Positions 12,987-28,665 of a DNA stretch of 64,000 nt are shown one piece after another; the stretch's first letter is position 1; the number at the start of each line of letters is the position of its first letter. The notes under the pieces are model-generated. The model had not been told where the DNA came from, searched no databases, and was given only the letters and a program-made list of their open reading frames with translations. The stretch is from the human T2T-CHM13v2.0 reference genome, Homo sapiens: assembly GCF_009914755.1 (NCBI RefSeq), contig NC_060937.1; one strand, 5' to 3'. Both the position numbers and the translations under genes were made by a program.

Positions 12987-13536
12987 AGGATCATGCAAGT
13001 ACATGAGTATTTGGAAATCTTTTATAATTTGTGCATTTTATAAAAATTATACTAGATATAAAAATGTTTGCCGTCATAGTTCTTTAGTTCTACCTAGAAT
13101 ATATTCACTTTACCCTTAATTGGGTTGTTAAATTGAGCACAATTTATTGTCCACAGAAAGTGCTAAAATTTCTTCAGTTCATGACATTTATGTGTAAACT
13201 CTAATCCCTCTAAAAATGTGTTAAACTTAACCCAAAGTGTATTGCCAAATACAAAATTTATGTTTTTCTATAGCTTTCTTGGGAGTAATGATATTTTCAT
13301 TTCACTGACTCCTGTTGTGAAAAACAAGAATTGACATTGTGGTTATGTCTGAATGAAAAGTTCGATTATTGTAGTCCATTTTATTAAGTTGAAAAAAAAT
13401 TGTTTCATTAGTTTAGGTTTTGCCCATTTTTACTAAGAACACATTAACTTTAGGAAAAATAATATGCAAATTTAAGATATTCAAATATCAGATCAGAGAA
13501 CAAAAGATAAAAAGGCCAATATTCTTCTTCTTCTCT

Positions 13537-13843
<307 letters not shown>

Positions 13844-13851
13844 TAATATTC

Positions 13852-16201
13852 TGTGCCATGTCTGTTTTCACACTGCTGATAAAGACATACGCGAGACTGG
13901 GAAGAAAAAGAGCTTTAATTGGACTTACAGTTCCACATGGCTGGGGAGGCCTCAGAATCATGGAGGAAGGTGAAAGGCGCTTCTTACATGGCACTGGCAA
14001 GAGAAAATAAATGAGCAAGATGCAAGAGCAGAAACCCCTGATAAAACCATCAGATTTCATGAGACTTATTTACTAACATTAGAACAGCATGGGGGAAACT
14101 GCCTCATGATTCAAATAATCTCCCACCAGGTCCCTCCCACAACATGTGGGAATTATGGGAGTACAATTCAAGATGAGATTTGGATGGGGACACAGAGCCA
14201 AACCATATCATTTTGCCCATGGCCCCTCCAAATCTTGTGTCCTCACATTTCAAAACCAGTCAAAACCATGAGTCAAATCTCATGTCCACTCAAATCTCAT
14301 GTCCACTCAAATCTCATTTTCAAACCTTCCCAACAGTCTCCCAAAGTCTTAACTCATTTCAGAATTAACTCAAAAGTCCACAGTCCAAAGTCTTATCTGA
14401 GACAAAGCAAGTCCCTTCCACCTATGAGCCTGTAAAATCAAAAGCAAGTTAATTACTTCCTAGATATAATGGGGGTACAGGCATTGGGTAAATACAGCCA
14501 TTCCAAATGGGGAAAATTAGCCAAAACAAAGTGTCTACTGGCCCCATGCAAGTCAGAAATCCAGCAGGGCAGCCAAATCTTAAAGGTCCAAAATGATCAT
14601 CTTTGATGCCATGTCTCACATCTGGGTCATGCTGATGCAAGAGGTGGGTTCCCATGGTCTTGGGAAGCTCTGCCCCTGTGGCTTTGCAGGATACGGATCC
14701 TCTCCTGGCTGCTTTCACTGGCTGGCGTTGTCTGTGACTTTTCCAGGTGCATGGTGCAAGCTGTTGGTGGATCTATCATTCTGGGATCTGGAGGACGGTG
14801 ACCCTCTTCTCACAGCTCCAGTAGATGGTGCCCCAGTAAGGACTCTGGGTCGGGGATCCAAATCCACATTTCTCTTGTTCCCTGCCCTAACAGAGGTTCT
14901 CCATGAGTGCCCCACCCCTGCAGCAAACTTCTGCCTGGGCATACAGACATTTCCATATATCTTCTGAAATCTAGGCAGAGGTTCCCAAATCTCAATTCTT
15001 GATTTCTGTGCACTTGCCAGCTCAACACCACATGGAAGCTGCCAAGGCTTGGGGCTTGCACCCTCTGAAGCCACGGTCCAAGCTCTACATTAGCCCCTTT
15101 CAGCCATGGCTGGAGTGGCTGGGATGCAGGGTACCAAGTCCCTAGGCTGCATATAGCACAGGGACCCTGAGCCCGGCCCACAAAATCATTTTCTCCTAGG
15201 CCTTCGGGCCTGTGATGGGAGGAACTGCCGTGAAGGCCTCTGACATGCCCTGGAGACATGTTCCTCATTGTCTTGGGGATTAACATTCAGCTCCTTGTTA
15301 CTTATGCAAATTTCTGCAGCTGGCTGGAATTTCTCCTCAGAAAATGGGTTTTTCTTTTCTATCACATTGTCAGGTTGCAAATTTTCTAAACTTTTATTCT
15401 CTGTTTCCCTTTTAAAACTGAATGCTTTTAACAGCACCCAAGTCACCTCTTGAATGCTTTGCTGCTTAGAAATTTTCTCCTCCAGATACCCTAAACCATC
15501 AAAGTTCCACAAGTTCAAAGTTCCACAAATCTCTAGGGCAGAAGCAAAATGCTGCCAGTCTTTTTGCTGAAACATAACGAGAGTCACCTTTGCTCCAGTT
15601 CCCAACAAGTTCTTCATCTCCATTTGAGACCACCTCAGCCTGGACCTTATTGTTCATATCGCTATCAGCATTTTTGTCAAAGCCATTCAACAAGTCTCTA
15701 GGAAGTTCCAAATTTTCCCACTTTTTCCTGTCTTCTTCTGAGCCCTCCAATCGGTTCCAGCCTCTGCCTGTTACCCAGTTCCAAAGTTGCCTCCACAGTT
15801 TTAGGTATCTTTTCAACAACACCCCACTCTACTGTTACCGATTTACTGTATTAGTCCGTTTTCATGCTGCTGATAAAGACGTACCTGAGACTGGGAAGAA
15901 AAAGAGATTTAATGGGACTTACAGTTTCACATGGCTGGGGAGGCCTCAGGATCATGGTGGATGATGAAAGGCACTTCTTACATGGTGGCAGCAAGAGAAA
16001 ATGAGGAAGATGCAAAAGCAGAAACCCCTGATAAAACTATCAGATTTCTTGAGACTTATTCACTACCATGAGAACAATATGGGGCAAATTGCCCCCATGA
16101 TTCAAATAATCTCCCACTGAATCCCTCCCACAACACGTGGGAATTATGGGAGTACAATTCAATATGAGATTTGGGTGGAGACACAGAGCCAAACCATATC
16201 A
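13852..16201 (-). mobile_element. Two-LTR THE1 (THE1C-like) MaLR retrotransposon: LTR ~13852-14210, internal 14211-15846, LTR 15847-16201
   Basis: Two ~355-bp direct repeats both ending agccaaaccatatca, flanking ~1.6 kb of THE1 internal sequence. Confidence 0.95.
14449..15822 (-). pseudogene. Frameshifted MaLR (THE1) internal ORF remnants
   Basis: Overlapping minus-strand ORFs, e.g. GRGWNRLEGSEEDRKKWENLELPRDLLNGFDKNADSDM and GLGYLEEKISKQQSIQEVTWVLLKAF, typical of MaLR internal regions. Confidence 0.8.
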
Positions 16202-17719
16202 AGGAGTTCTGTATACCCTAGACAAGGATAGAACTTGTGAAAAAAATAAAAATAAAAACCTAAACAAAAATAGAAACACCTGACAAATAAATTACTGATT
16301 CATTGGTTTGGTTTAATTTTCCTCTCAGGTTTAAAAATAAAATACAGTGTTATTTTAAAAGTTTAAGATGCACAGGTTAGCAGATAGAATACAATGTTGC
16401 CTTTTTATAACAAAATTACTTAGATGTTAATGTAGTTAAAATACACAAAATATCCTATGATTTCCAGGAAAAGAGAAGTCACTATAGAATTTAAGAGTTT
16501 ATTTTCTTAAACATTCTAGTGCCTTAGTCTGTGTTTATACATTTGGAATAGTTTTAAGTCAAAAAATTAGGCCCAGTCATAAAGTGCAATGTGTGATTGT
16601 TAATCTATTGTATACCCATAAATGTAAGAACTATTTGCTAACTGGTTTTGTTTTTCTTGAATTATATCTATTATAGAAATGTGTTAGTTCATTTAGGCCA
16701 CCCAAGTACTGTTAAAAAAAAATAAAAATAAAAAACTGCTGGTTCATTGCTGGGGGACTTTGAACACTTTCCCTAAAAGATATAGTAAACATTTTTACTT
16801 GCTTAATTCAGATCCATTCTTATATATAGTGAAATCAATATCTTTATACTTCTGTACTACCTAAGATTCTCTAGTTCTTTCTAGCCTGTAATATCCTACA
16901 TGTCCAAATCCCTTAATCACAACCAACTTCTTCACAGCTATTTTGGTCACTTCCCTCCATCAACATTTTCTACCAGACACACTGAAATTGTTATTCTCTG
17001 GGTGCATGTTGACTTTCACACTGTCCTTGACATAATCCATGCTGTTTTTTTTGTCCAGGATGCCTTCCCCTGACTCCTATTCCATCTTTGTCAAACAACC
17101 ATTTGAGTTTCAAGAACTAGCTTATGTAATTCTCCTTAAATATCTCAAGTAGAGTTAGTTGCCCTCTTCTGAATATGTCTACAACTTTTCTAAATGGCTG
17201 CAGGCACAGCAGTCAGAAAGAAAAGTCCAAAATTTTAGGTAACTTTAGAGCACTAAGGTGGAGGGCAGGAGACAAGGGCTGAGACCTAACAGCCCCTGTG
17301 TCATCATAGGTCCATACCTAACAGCATGTTTTCAGGGTGATAATTGTCTTCAGCAGCCCCTGATTCTTTCACTCTCATTCCATCATGGATAAGAGTCTTC
17401 ATGCTGTCTCTTGGATATTTTGCATCTTCCACCACCAAGCTCTAACCCAAACCTCTCTCGCCTTTCGTGCATCTGACTTATGACTCTTCTGACATTAACA
17501 CTTACTTAAAGTCCTAAGTTTCTCAGAGTCTTGCTTTGTGCTAGGTGATTGTCAGCTAGCTCATTTAAAACACTCCCTGCTAGTATGTTAATGATATTAA
17601 ATTAGAAATTAGATCTTCGGTCTTTTGCACTTTCGCTTGATTTTTTTAAACGGCTAAAAATGTAATGAGTTTTGTTTTATAAAGAAAATTAAAATGTCAT
17701 GGACACCATAATGTCCATG

Positions 17720-18445
17720 TGAAATTACCATATGCAAAGGAAAATAGAAGTTATCTATCCATTACCTATTTGACAAAACATGCATTTTACAGATTCTCCA
17801 CCCTCAAAAAGATGGAGCATAACTTCCCACTCCTTAATTGTGGGTTTTACAAAATGACTTTCTGCCAAAGAGGACACTATCAAAGGAGAGAGAAGGGAAA
17901 GTAACGTTGCAGTGGAGAAACCTTACAAATACTGCTTCAATCAGGTGATCTGGGGCCAACCTCAACAGGGATACATCCTGTTAATAGCATGAACCCAGAC
18001 AGGATGTGAAAAAAATGGAAAATTACTTCTTGTAATCTTCCCCTCAACAGCAAATAATCAGAGCCTAATCAGAAAAACATCAGAAAAATCCCAACTGAAG
18101 GACATTCCACAAAATACCTGATCAGTAATCCTCTAAGACTGTCAAGATTATAAAAACAGGAGTCTAAGAAACTGTCATAACCAGGAGGAGCCTAAGGAGA
18201 CAAGAGGATGAAATTTACTATGGCCTTCTGGATGAGATCCTGGAACAGGAATAAGAAATTAGGTAAAAAACTAAGGAAATCTGAATAAAGTATGGACTTG
18301 TGCTGACAACAGTGTGTCAATATTCACTATTTGTAACAAATTTAGTATACTAACAGATGTTAATGATAGATAAAATAGTGTAAGATCTGTACAAAATCTC
18401 TTTTATTATCTTTGCAATTTTTCTGTAAAGGGTCTAAAACTGAGA
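17720..18445 (+). mobile_element. L1MC-type 3' UTR fragment
   Basis: ggagcataacttcccactccttaattgtggg...cagtggagaaacct...ggagcctaaggagaca...ctggatgagatcctggaacag. Confidence 0.75.
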
Positions 18446-21400
18446 ATTGTGTATTTGACAAAACCAAACATACAAACAAAAACCAACAAGTTAAAAAAAA
18501 ACACTCCAATCATGATTCACAGATCTTCAATAAACTATTAATGTAACATCAAATTTATTTGTGCAACTGAATTCTTTAGAATAATTGTGAAGTTATATAA
18601 CAAATGATATCAATAGTTCATACAAATTATGTCTACAAATGAAAGTTAAACTCTATCTACAATGTTTACTATTAGAGACATTGGATCTGAAAATTATATG
18701 CACTAATACCAAGCAATTACAGATGAATTAATAGATAGATAAATGGACAGTTGACAGAAGGAAGGAAGGAAAGGAAGAGAATATAATGAGGTTAAAAATC
18801 ATCATAAAAACATGATTCCATTTGTTTAAAATAGTAATTTTTACAAAAATATCAGATGTTGTTTAAGAAAGAAACTTTGATATATGTTCAATTGTAAGTG
18901 ATGCATTTAGGGAAAAATCCAGAAGAGAAACAACCAACCTACCGAATGAGCAATCACATAGAAACTTCCACTAAAAAGAAAAAGAATAGAATTTTAATAC
19001 ATTTTTAGCTTATCTTAGTAGCTTCCAAGGTTTTATTATTTTAGCATCTTATTTTTGTTACAGTATTCTGCCCAAATTTTTAAAATAAACCCTCACTAAT
19101 CTTACAAAAATAATCTCCTGAATACACAGGTCAAAGAATAAAAGTCTACAATTTACTGGACATCCAAATTATACCTCAAATAAAGACTTTGTAATTTTCT
19201 TACAGAGAAAGAATAATAAAAGATCTTTCTTTGGATTGATAATAAATTAGGTTAATTAAAACTGTACTTAAAGTTATAGCTATAATATAATGACACCGGT
19301 CTTATAATAAAATAACAAAATTTTATATCTAAAGTATTATTGTTTCTTTTTAATATATTGAAGCTTTGGCCTTAATCCAAACACTCCTCTTTGCTAAAAA
19401 CAATTTCAACACTCTTCTTTGAGAATGATCTTCAGACCTTTTTTCTAACTGATTTGGGTATTTTTTAGGCTCACAGAATTTTCTCCTTGAGAAGTTGGAC
19501 TTAATTTTAGAACTGTCAAAATATTCTTTAAAGTTTTGTGGCAAATTTGAAAATTTAAATAAATAATTTTTTGAAAAATATTGAGACTGGTACGTATGTT
19601 TGCACATGTGTATGTGCTTCACTCATTAATTTCAAAAACTTGACATTTTTATCTAGTGATATCATAAATGAAGAAAGGGAATTTCTTCCCAAGATTACAC
19701 CTTTAAAATCTGTCATGGTTGTTATTTATATTATCAACCACTTTAATATGTTCTTTACATAGATATAGTATTGTTGAAATACTCAGCCAAGTTGATATAT
19801 TATGTTCAGAACCCCTGTAAAAGTTTCACATTCTGATTATTTCTAGATTTCTGGTCATTTGTATATTTGTTGTGGTCTATTAAACTGACCACAGTTTTGA
19901 ACATATTCTACTTGACTGCATTTGTATTGAACTAAAGAAGAAAATATTGATGAACCTTTAGAAAGTCATGAAAACATAAAAATGACAAACAGTATAGTGA
20001 GAGATTTATAGGCAGAATCTATTTAATAAATGAAATACAAGGAAGATAGATGCTTAACAATGAATTATTGTAATTTAAGGAATGCATCAAGTAGAATAAA
20101 GAGGATCATCTCAAAAATAAAATGCTAAGGAACAATAACAGCATTGTAGTTATCCTACATCCATTAAAATTCTGATTAAATGGACTTAACAGGAAATGAC
20201 ATAATTTTACAGTTGTACATTATCTCTCACGTACAGACTTTATTTATTCCAAGCAGCAGGGACATGCCTGATGAAGTAAGGAGCCATCATTAGTGAGGAC
20301 TGGTCACTGCTGTTCCAGAACCCTCTTAGCATTATCTGAGCCTTTTGATTAATGTATTCTTGAAATGTTTAGTAACATTCAATACTGAATATGATCTCTG
20401 ATTTGTGTAAATCGGATTTGCCAATGCAATTTAGTATATTTTTTTCAAGTTGAAAAAGAAACAAGCAAACAAAAAAAAATGAAAAAAGTGAGTGAAAAGG
20501 AGAAGTAAAAATATTTTTAAAATACAGAAAAAATTGTGTAAAAAACATCTGGCACATGGCGAAATGGCCTAATACAAAGATGCAAAATTGAGCGGGGATA
20601 GATAAAATGCATCAATTCAATATTTGGAGAGATAACGAATAATAACTTTTCAAAATTGACAAAAGACATCAAGCCACAGATACCAAAAACAATATGAACA
20701 CCAATCTCTATAAAACAAAGAATGTCTGAAAAACACAAAAAAAGAAAATATCTCCAAAATAGAGAAAACAGAAACATTGCCTTCAAAGTAGCAATAGTAA
20801 CACCAACAGCTAAAATATCCACAAAAACAAAGACACTAAAATGACACTGTTAATTGTGAAAACAAAATAACTGTCTTAGAAATTTATATATTCAATAAAA
20901 AAAATCCTTCCAAAAATGAAAGCCAGATTCATCCTTAGACAAAGAACTGAAAAAGCTGGTCACCATAGACTACACTATGTTATACTAATGAGGTACTTTA
21001 AGCAAAAGAAATAAGTTCCCAGATTAAATAAACACAGAAAGAAACAAATAATAAATTAATGGATATATATAAAAATATTCAATATACAAAACAATAATGA
21101 TGTCTTTCTTATCTAAAATATGTGTATACTGAAAATACATGGCAATAATATAATTTGTGGAAGGGAATATAGGCATTTAACTGTTCTAAGGTCCTTGAAT
21201 TACCCATAGAGTTAGGAAAATTCTAAGAATTTTAATTTTAATTAGTCAATATTGATATAATGTATAAATAAAATAGTATAATGTAAAGTAATTTTTAAAA
21301 TTTTATAGCAACAAAAAGAAGATAAGATGAATGATATATTTAAACTCAAATGTGTTAGAAATAATACAGCATTTAAATGTCCCACATACTGCAATTAACA

Positions 21401-21972
21401 GATAAAAGTTGTTATATGAATTTTATAAATGAAATTGTTTTGTCTAAAAGTGTATACCTTAAATTTAAGGACACAGAAATGTTGAAATAAAAATATCTTA
21501 AGAAAAACAAAACAAATAACAGGCTGTTAATAACTAAAACAACACAAAAAAATTGTTTAAAATTTTTCCAATATCAGACAAAGCTTTAAAGAGCAAACTT
21601 TTAGATATAATAGGATAAAATCAAAGCACTAAGAAGATAAAACAGCTGTAAATTTTTATACATTTATGAATCACAAAATATAAAAATACGCACACACAGT
21701 GTGTAAATTAAGCAGGCTTTAAGATTTATATAGAAATGCAAATGATCTATGCTATCCAATACAGTGTTAGAACAAATTTTTATTATTAAACTGAAGAATT
21801 GATACAGTGTGGTTTTGTCTCAAATATACAGACAAATCAGTCAAAAAACAGCCACATGTATATTCACTTGCTTAAGAAAAGGATGACACTACTAAACAAA
21901 GAAGAAAGGCTTGTCTTTTTTTGTAATTAGAGTACATTAAAATTAAGAACTCTGTCTATTAAAGAAACATTA

Positions 21973-22284
21973 GGCCAGGTGCAGTGGCTCATGCCTATAA
22001 TCCCAGCACTTTGGGAGTCCCAGGCGAGTGGATTATCTGAGGTCAGGAGTTTGAGACCAGCCTCACCAACATGGAGAAGTCCCACCTCTACTAAAAATAC
22101 GAAATTAGCCAGGTGTGATGGCTCATGCCTGTAATCCCAGCTAGTCAGGAGGCGGAGGCAGGAGAATCACTTGAATCTGGGAGGTGGAGGTTGTGGTGAG
22201 CTGAGATCGTGTCATTGCCCTCTAGCCTGGGCAACAAGAGTGAAACTCTGTCTTAAAAAAAATAAAATTAAATTAAAAAAAAAA
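21973..22284 (+). mobile_element. AluSp-like
   Basis: ggccaggtgcagtggctca...accaacatggagaa...gttgtggtgagc...gggcaacaagagtgaaac, A tail; TSD-like aaagaaacatta / aaaagcatta. Confidence 0.93.
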
Positions 22285-22694
22285 GCATTAAGTGACTCAA
22301 AAAAGACAAGATCAAATCAAAGAAGATATTTGTGATCATTATATTTTATAAAGGACTCATGTTAAGAATATAAAAAGAAGTCCTCAATTTAAGAAACAAA
22401 AGACAGGTAACCCAAATAAGAGAGAAAAAAGAGACATGAATGTGCCATTCACAAAAAAAGGATAACTGAAGATTTGCTCCACCTCATTATTCATTTTTAA
22501 AAAGTTAATACCGCAATGACAAAAATCACAAATTCACCAGAAGGATAAAATAAAAGATTCCGAAAATACTAAGGGCTATCAAATATGTGAAGCCACTATA
22601 CTATTCATCCACCACTGATGGGAAGTGTACATTGGTATATGCACTGTAGGACACTTTGGCAGTGTCTCATAAGGCTGCAAATACATATACCCTT

Positions 22695-23082
22695 CCTAAT
22701 GGACTGTTTGTGCTCCTCCCTAGAAATTCATGTTAAAATCCTACCACCCAGTGGGATGGTAAAAGGAGCTGGGGCCTCTGGGAGTTAATTATGATTAGAG
22801 AAAGTCATGAGGGTGGAGCTCTCATGAATGGCATGGAAATAGAGCCCTTACTAGAGTCCTGAGAGATTTGTTTCCTCTCTCTGCTGTCAGCAAAGTGAAG
22901 ATACAAGAAGTCATCATCCTGCAACCGGAAGAGGGCCTCTTCGAAAACCTGATCGTGTGAGCACCCTGATCTTGGACTTTTAGCCTCCAGAACTGTGAGA
23001 AATGAATTTCTGTTCTTTATAAGCCATCCTGTCTGTGGTATTTTTGTTATAGCATTTTTGTTATGCCAGACAGACTAAGGCA
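22695..23082 (+). mobile_element. MLT1A-type MaLR solo LTR
   Basis: ggtggagctctcatgaatgg...caccctgatcttggacttttagcctccagaactgtgagaaatgaatttctgttctttataagcca...cagactaaggca. Confidence 0.85.
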
Positions 23083-23731
23083 TCCTTTTAATTTCACCAA
23101 TGGTATACATGCAAAAGAAATGTGCACAAACATGTGCCCAAAGACATGTGCTAAATCATTCATGGAAACATTATTTAAATAGGCCAAAGTTAGAAACAAT
23201 CCATATGTTCTCAAATGTAGGAGGAATAAACAAATTTTGGAATATTCACACGATGAAACATAAACATCAATGGAAATAAACAGCAACACAAACAACATAA
23301 AACAATATGGATAAATCATATTGAGTGAAAGACACCAGAACAAGGGAATATATTATATGTATATTTACATGGAAACAAAGACTAATCTAATGTGCTAGAA
23401 TTCAAGAAAATTTTTACTTTTGGAGAGGAAAGGGTTATGATTATAGAGATGGAGCACAAGGTGGTGTGGAAAATTGATTGTAATAAAATGGCCCCAAATT
23501 TCATTTTAATAAAAAAAAGAATGTCTAAATTGGTGTATATTGCTATGTGGAATACAATATATCTTTAAAGTACATGAAGGAGAACTAAGATGCATTTAAA
23601 AAATAAAGCATACTACTAAGAAAAAGAGACATTGTAGAATGAAACAGAATTTGCCATTATATAGTTTTAAAGCATGCAAGACAATGCTGTACCTTATTTG
23701 CTATGTATAGAAAATATACAAACATGCATGG

Positions 23732-24123
23732 TGATATGGTCTGGGTCTGTGTGCCCACTCAAATCTCACATCTATTTGCAATCATCAATGTTGGAGATGG
23801 GGCCTGGAGGGAGGTGATTAAATCGTGGGGGCTGATTTTCCCTCTGGGGCTGTTCTCATGACATTGACTGAGTTATCATGAGATCTGGTAGTTGAAAAGT
23901 GTGTCACACCTTCCCCTCTCTCTTTTCCTCCTGCTCCAGCCATGTAAGCTAAGCCTGATTTTCCTTTGCTTTCTACCATGATTGAAAGTTTCCTGAGGCC
24001 TCCCCAGAAGCCGTCATGCTTCCTGTAACGCCTGCAGAACCATGAGCCAATTAAGCCTCTTTTCTTTATAAATTACTCAGTCTCAGGTATTTCTATATAG
24101 TAATGCAATAATAGACTAATAGA
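23732..24123 (+). mobile_element. MSTA-type MaLR solo LTR
   Basis: tgatatggtctgg...gactaataga; 5-bp TSD catgg (23727-23731 and 24124-24128). Confidence 0.9.
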
Positions 24124-24266
24124 CATGGGGATAACAATTAAGAATAGTATGGAAGAAGGAGAAATGAAATATGAAAAGGTAAAGAGGATGCCAGAGAGTT
24201 CAAATTCATTTAATAAATTGGCAAATGATATAAAAAATTAATACTGCTAGAAAATGGGAAACATGT

Positions 24267-24688
24267 TGTAATAGTCCATTCGTACATTTTATAAAGAAAT
24301 ACCTGAGACTGGGCAATTTATAAAGAAAAGAGGTTTAATTGGCTCATGGCTCAGCAGGCTGTACAGGAAGCATGGCGGCATCTGTTTGGCTTCCGGGTTA
24401 GGGCTCAGGAAACTTGCAATTACGGCAGAAGGCAAAGTGGGAGCAGTCTTACATAGGGGAGAAGGAGCAAGGGAGAGAGGCGAGAAGTGCTCCACACTTT
24501 TAAACAACCAGATCTCATGAGAACTCACTCACTGACTATCACGAGAACAGCACCAAGGTGATGGCCCTAACCCATTCATGAGAACTCCGCCCCCATAATC
24601 CAATCGTCTCCCACCAGGCCCCTCCTGCCACTTTGGAGATTACAACCTGACAGGAGATTTGGTGAAAACACAGATCCAAACCGTATTA
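24267..24688 (-). mobile_element. MSTA/B-type MaLR solo LTR
   Basis: tgtaatagtccatt...cacagatccaaaccgtatta; 5-bp TSD catgt (24262-24266 and 24689-24693). Confidence 0.9.
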
Positions 24689-25049
24689 CATGTATTTTAA
24701 AATATTATCCTCCATGATTAAGGGAGACGTCAATTAGTAAGTGAGCTTTAGAAAGAAACATCAGGGAATCACACATCCGGAGATTCACCCCACTTTCAAG
24801 TGTCCTTGACATTCACCTTCGCGATGTCTATCCCTGAGTAACTGCAGAAAATCACTTCAGCTGTAGAAAATCAGTCCACATATATATTTCTTTAATTTGT
24901 AATTATGAAAGCATAATTATTCACAATATTGTGAAATGTTGTTGCACAAATGAATACTTGTAGGGATAGCGGGTATTGCACCCAGCCAGGCTTCTTACCA
25001 AGCTTTTCGACTTATTTTCTCACCTCAAATATATTTCTCCCCCTATTCT

Positions 25050-27115
<2,066 letters not shown>

Positions 27116-28539
27116 AATTATTGAATAAAGAAGATTAATATGTTCAACATAAAATGCTCAGAAAACAATTTTTTCTTATTTATACAATACAAATTAGATA
27201 CAATTTAAGAGAGTTTTCCTATATCAAACAAAAGACACATTCATATGAACACCTAAATACCATATTTTATCCTTATCCAGTTAGTTGTATAGAGGATTTT
27301 GCCTGCATACTGGTCAAATAAAAATACAAATTAACAGGGAAATTATTCCATCAGAAACTTGTAGGAAACTTTCAGGCCTATGTCTGAAGAGCCCAAACAG
27401 AACACTAACCCCTAAGTACTCTCATTTTTGCAAACACAACACACACACACACACAAAAACATGCAATAATATGATATGTATATCAATGACCTGGAAGAGG
27501 AAGTAAATGAGATAACAACGTTCATAATCAGCTATTGACATGCAATTACTCAAGTTAAGTAAAACAAGTCAGACTTTTGCATAACCCTGGCAAGAGCAAA
27601 CAAAGGTGGGTAATTGGTACTGGGTGGCAGATGATTCATGGTAGACTCATTCAAGATATCGTACATTTAACAGAACAATGTAAATTATGTGTACATACTA
27701 ATAGTTTCTAAATTAGTTGTAATCCCCAAAGAAAACATCCAGGTATTGATGTGATCAACTCAATGAGGATGTCAACTCAATGTTTCATTGTAGGCAAAAA
27801 AGAAAAGTAAAATGTTAAGTTGGGTTAAGATTATAGAAACTCATCGTGGAAAATATTCATTTAGTAAATAAACTAATAACCATCGACTACACTGGGAAAT
27901 GTATTTCTTGGAGGTAATATCATGACAAAATCATCTGAAACTTCTACTTTAAACAATGTTAGTGGTTTGAATTTATGTCAGTACTTTTTTAGGAACATGA
28001 TTATTTAAGAAGCTATAAATTGTTTGACAAAACCAGAAAATAAATAAGGATTCTTTATTAATGCACTGCAAATTAGAAAAAATATAAGGGATTTTGGTAT
28101 ATCATGCAAAATATGTATTCATAGGAATACCTAGATATTGTACACAGTTCTCTGATGATCTACTAGTGTCAGAAAAAAAAAAAACTTACTGTATCTGAGA
28201 TCAGGTAATGAAGTAAAGAATAATATTCCTACTATTTATGGGGAGGAAATGCAATCAGATGATAAAGACAGTTGTTAAGCATGATGTGAGTTTGATGAGG
28301 ATGGTATGAGGCAAGCAAATGCAGTTTAGAGTGTTATTTATCTCAGGCTATCTTTCTTTACTTTTTTATAATTGTTTACCCATTTTTTCAATAAAATGTG
28401 AGCAAAAAGAGAGCTGTGAGGCTGTAGCTACATAATTGTGAAACAACTGATGGAAAGCTAAAGTGGTCCCATAACTACCATATTTTCTCTTATTCAAGAA
28501 ATGATAAAATCATATAGTAATTATTTGCTACTGACTCAT

Positions 28540-28665
28540 CTTTTCCACTGTACAATTAGCTATTCAAAAGGAAAACTCAATATTCAGTAATGCATACCTA
28601 AGGCTCCAGGTTTTGGCATTTGATGATCAATAAATATTAGCTGGATGGATGAATGAATGAATGAA
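28540..28665 (+). mobile_element. L2 3' tail
   Basis: tcaataaatattagctggatggatgaatgaatgaatgaa, the characteristic L2 end. Confidence 0.6.

Larger units (their letters stand above)
20450..23730 (+). mobile_element. Degraded L1ME-type element (ORF1, ORF2 and 3' pieces) interrupted by AluSp and MLT1A
   Basis: A-rich L1-like blocks: tttcaaaattgacaaaagacatcaagccacagatacc; aaaattaagaactctgtcta; ggtatacatgcaaaagaaatgtgcacaaacatgtg. Confidence 0.6.

Noticed and set aside
14106-15964. Dense cluster of 60-158 aa ORFs on both strands
   Set aside because: All lie inside the THE1 element; minus-strand ones are frameshifted MaLR ORF pieces and plus-strand ones are antisense by-products
19350-20822. Short Lys/Phe/Leu-rich ORFs
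   Set aside because: Composition reflects AT-rich DNA and the antisense of old L1; no recognisable domain or splice structure
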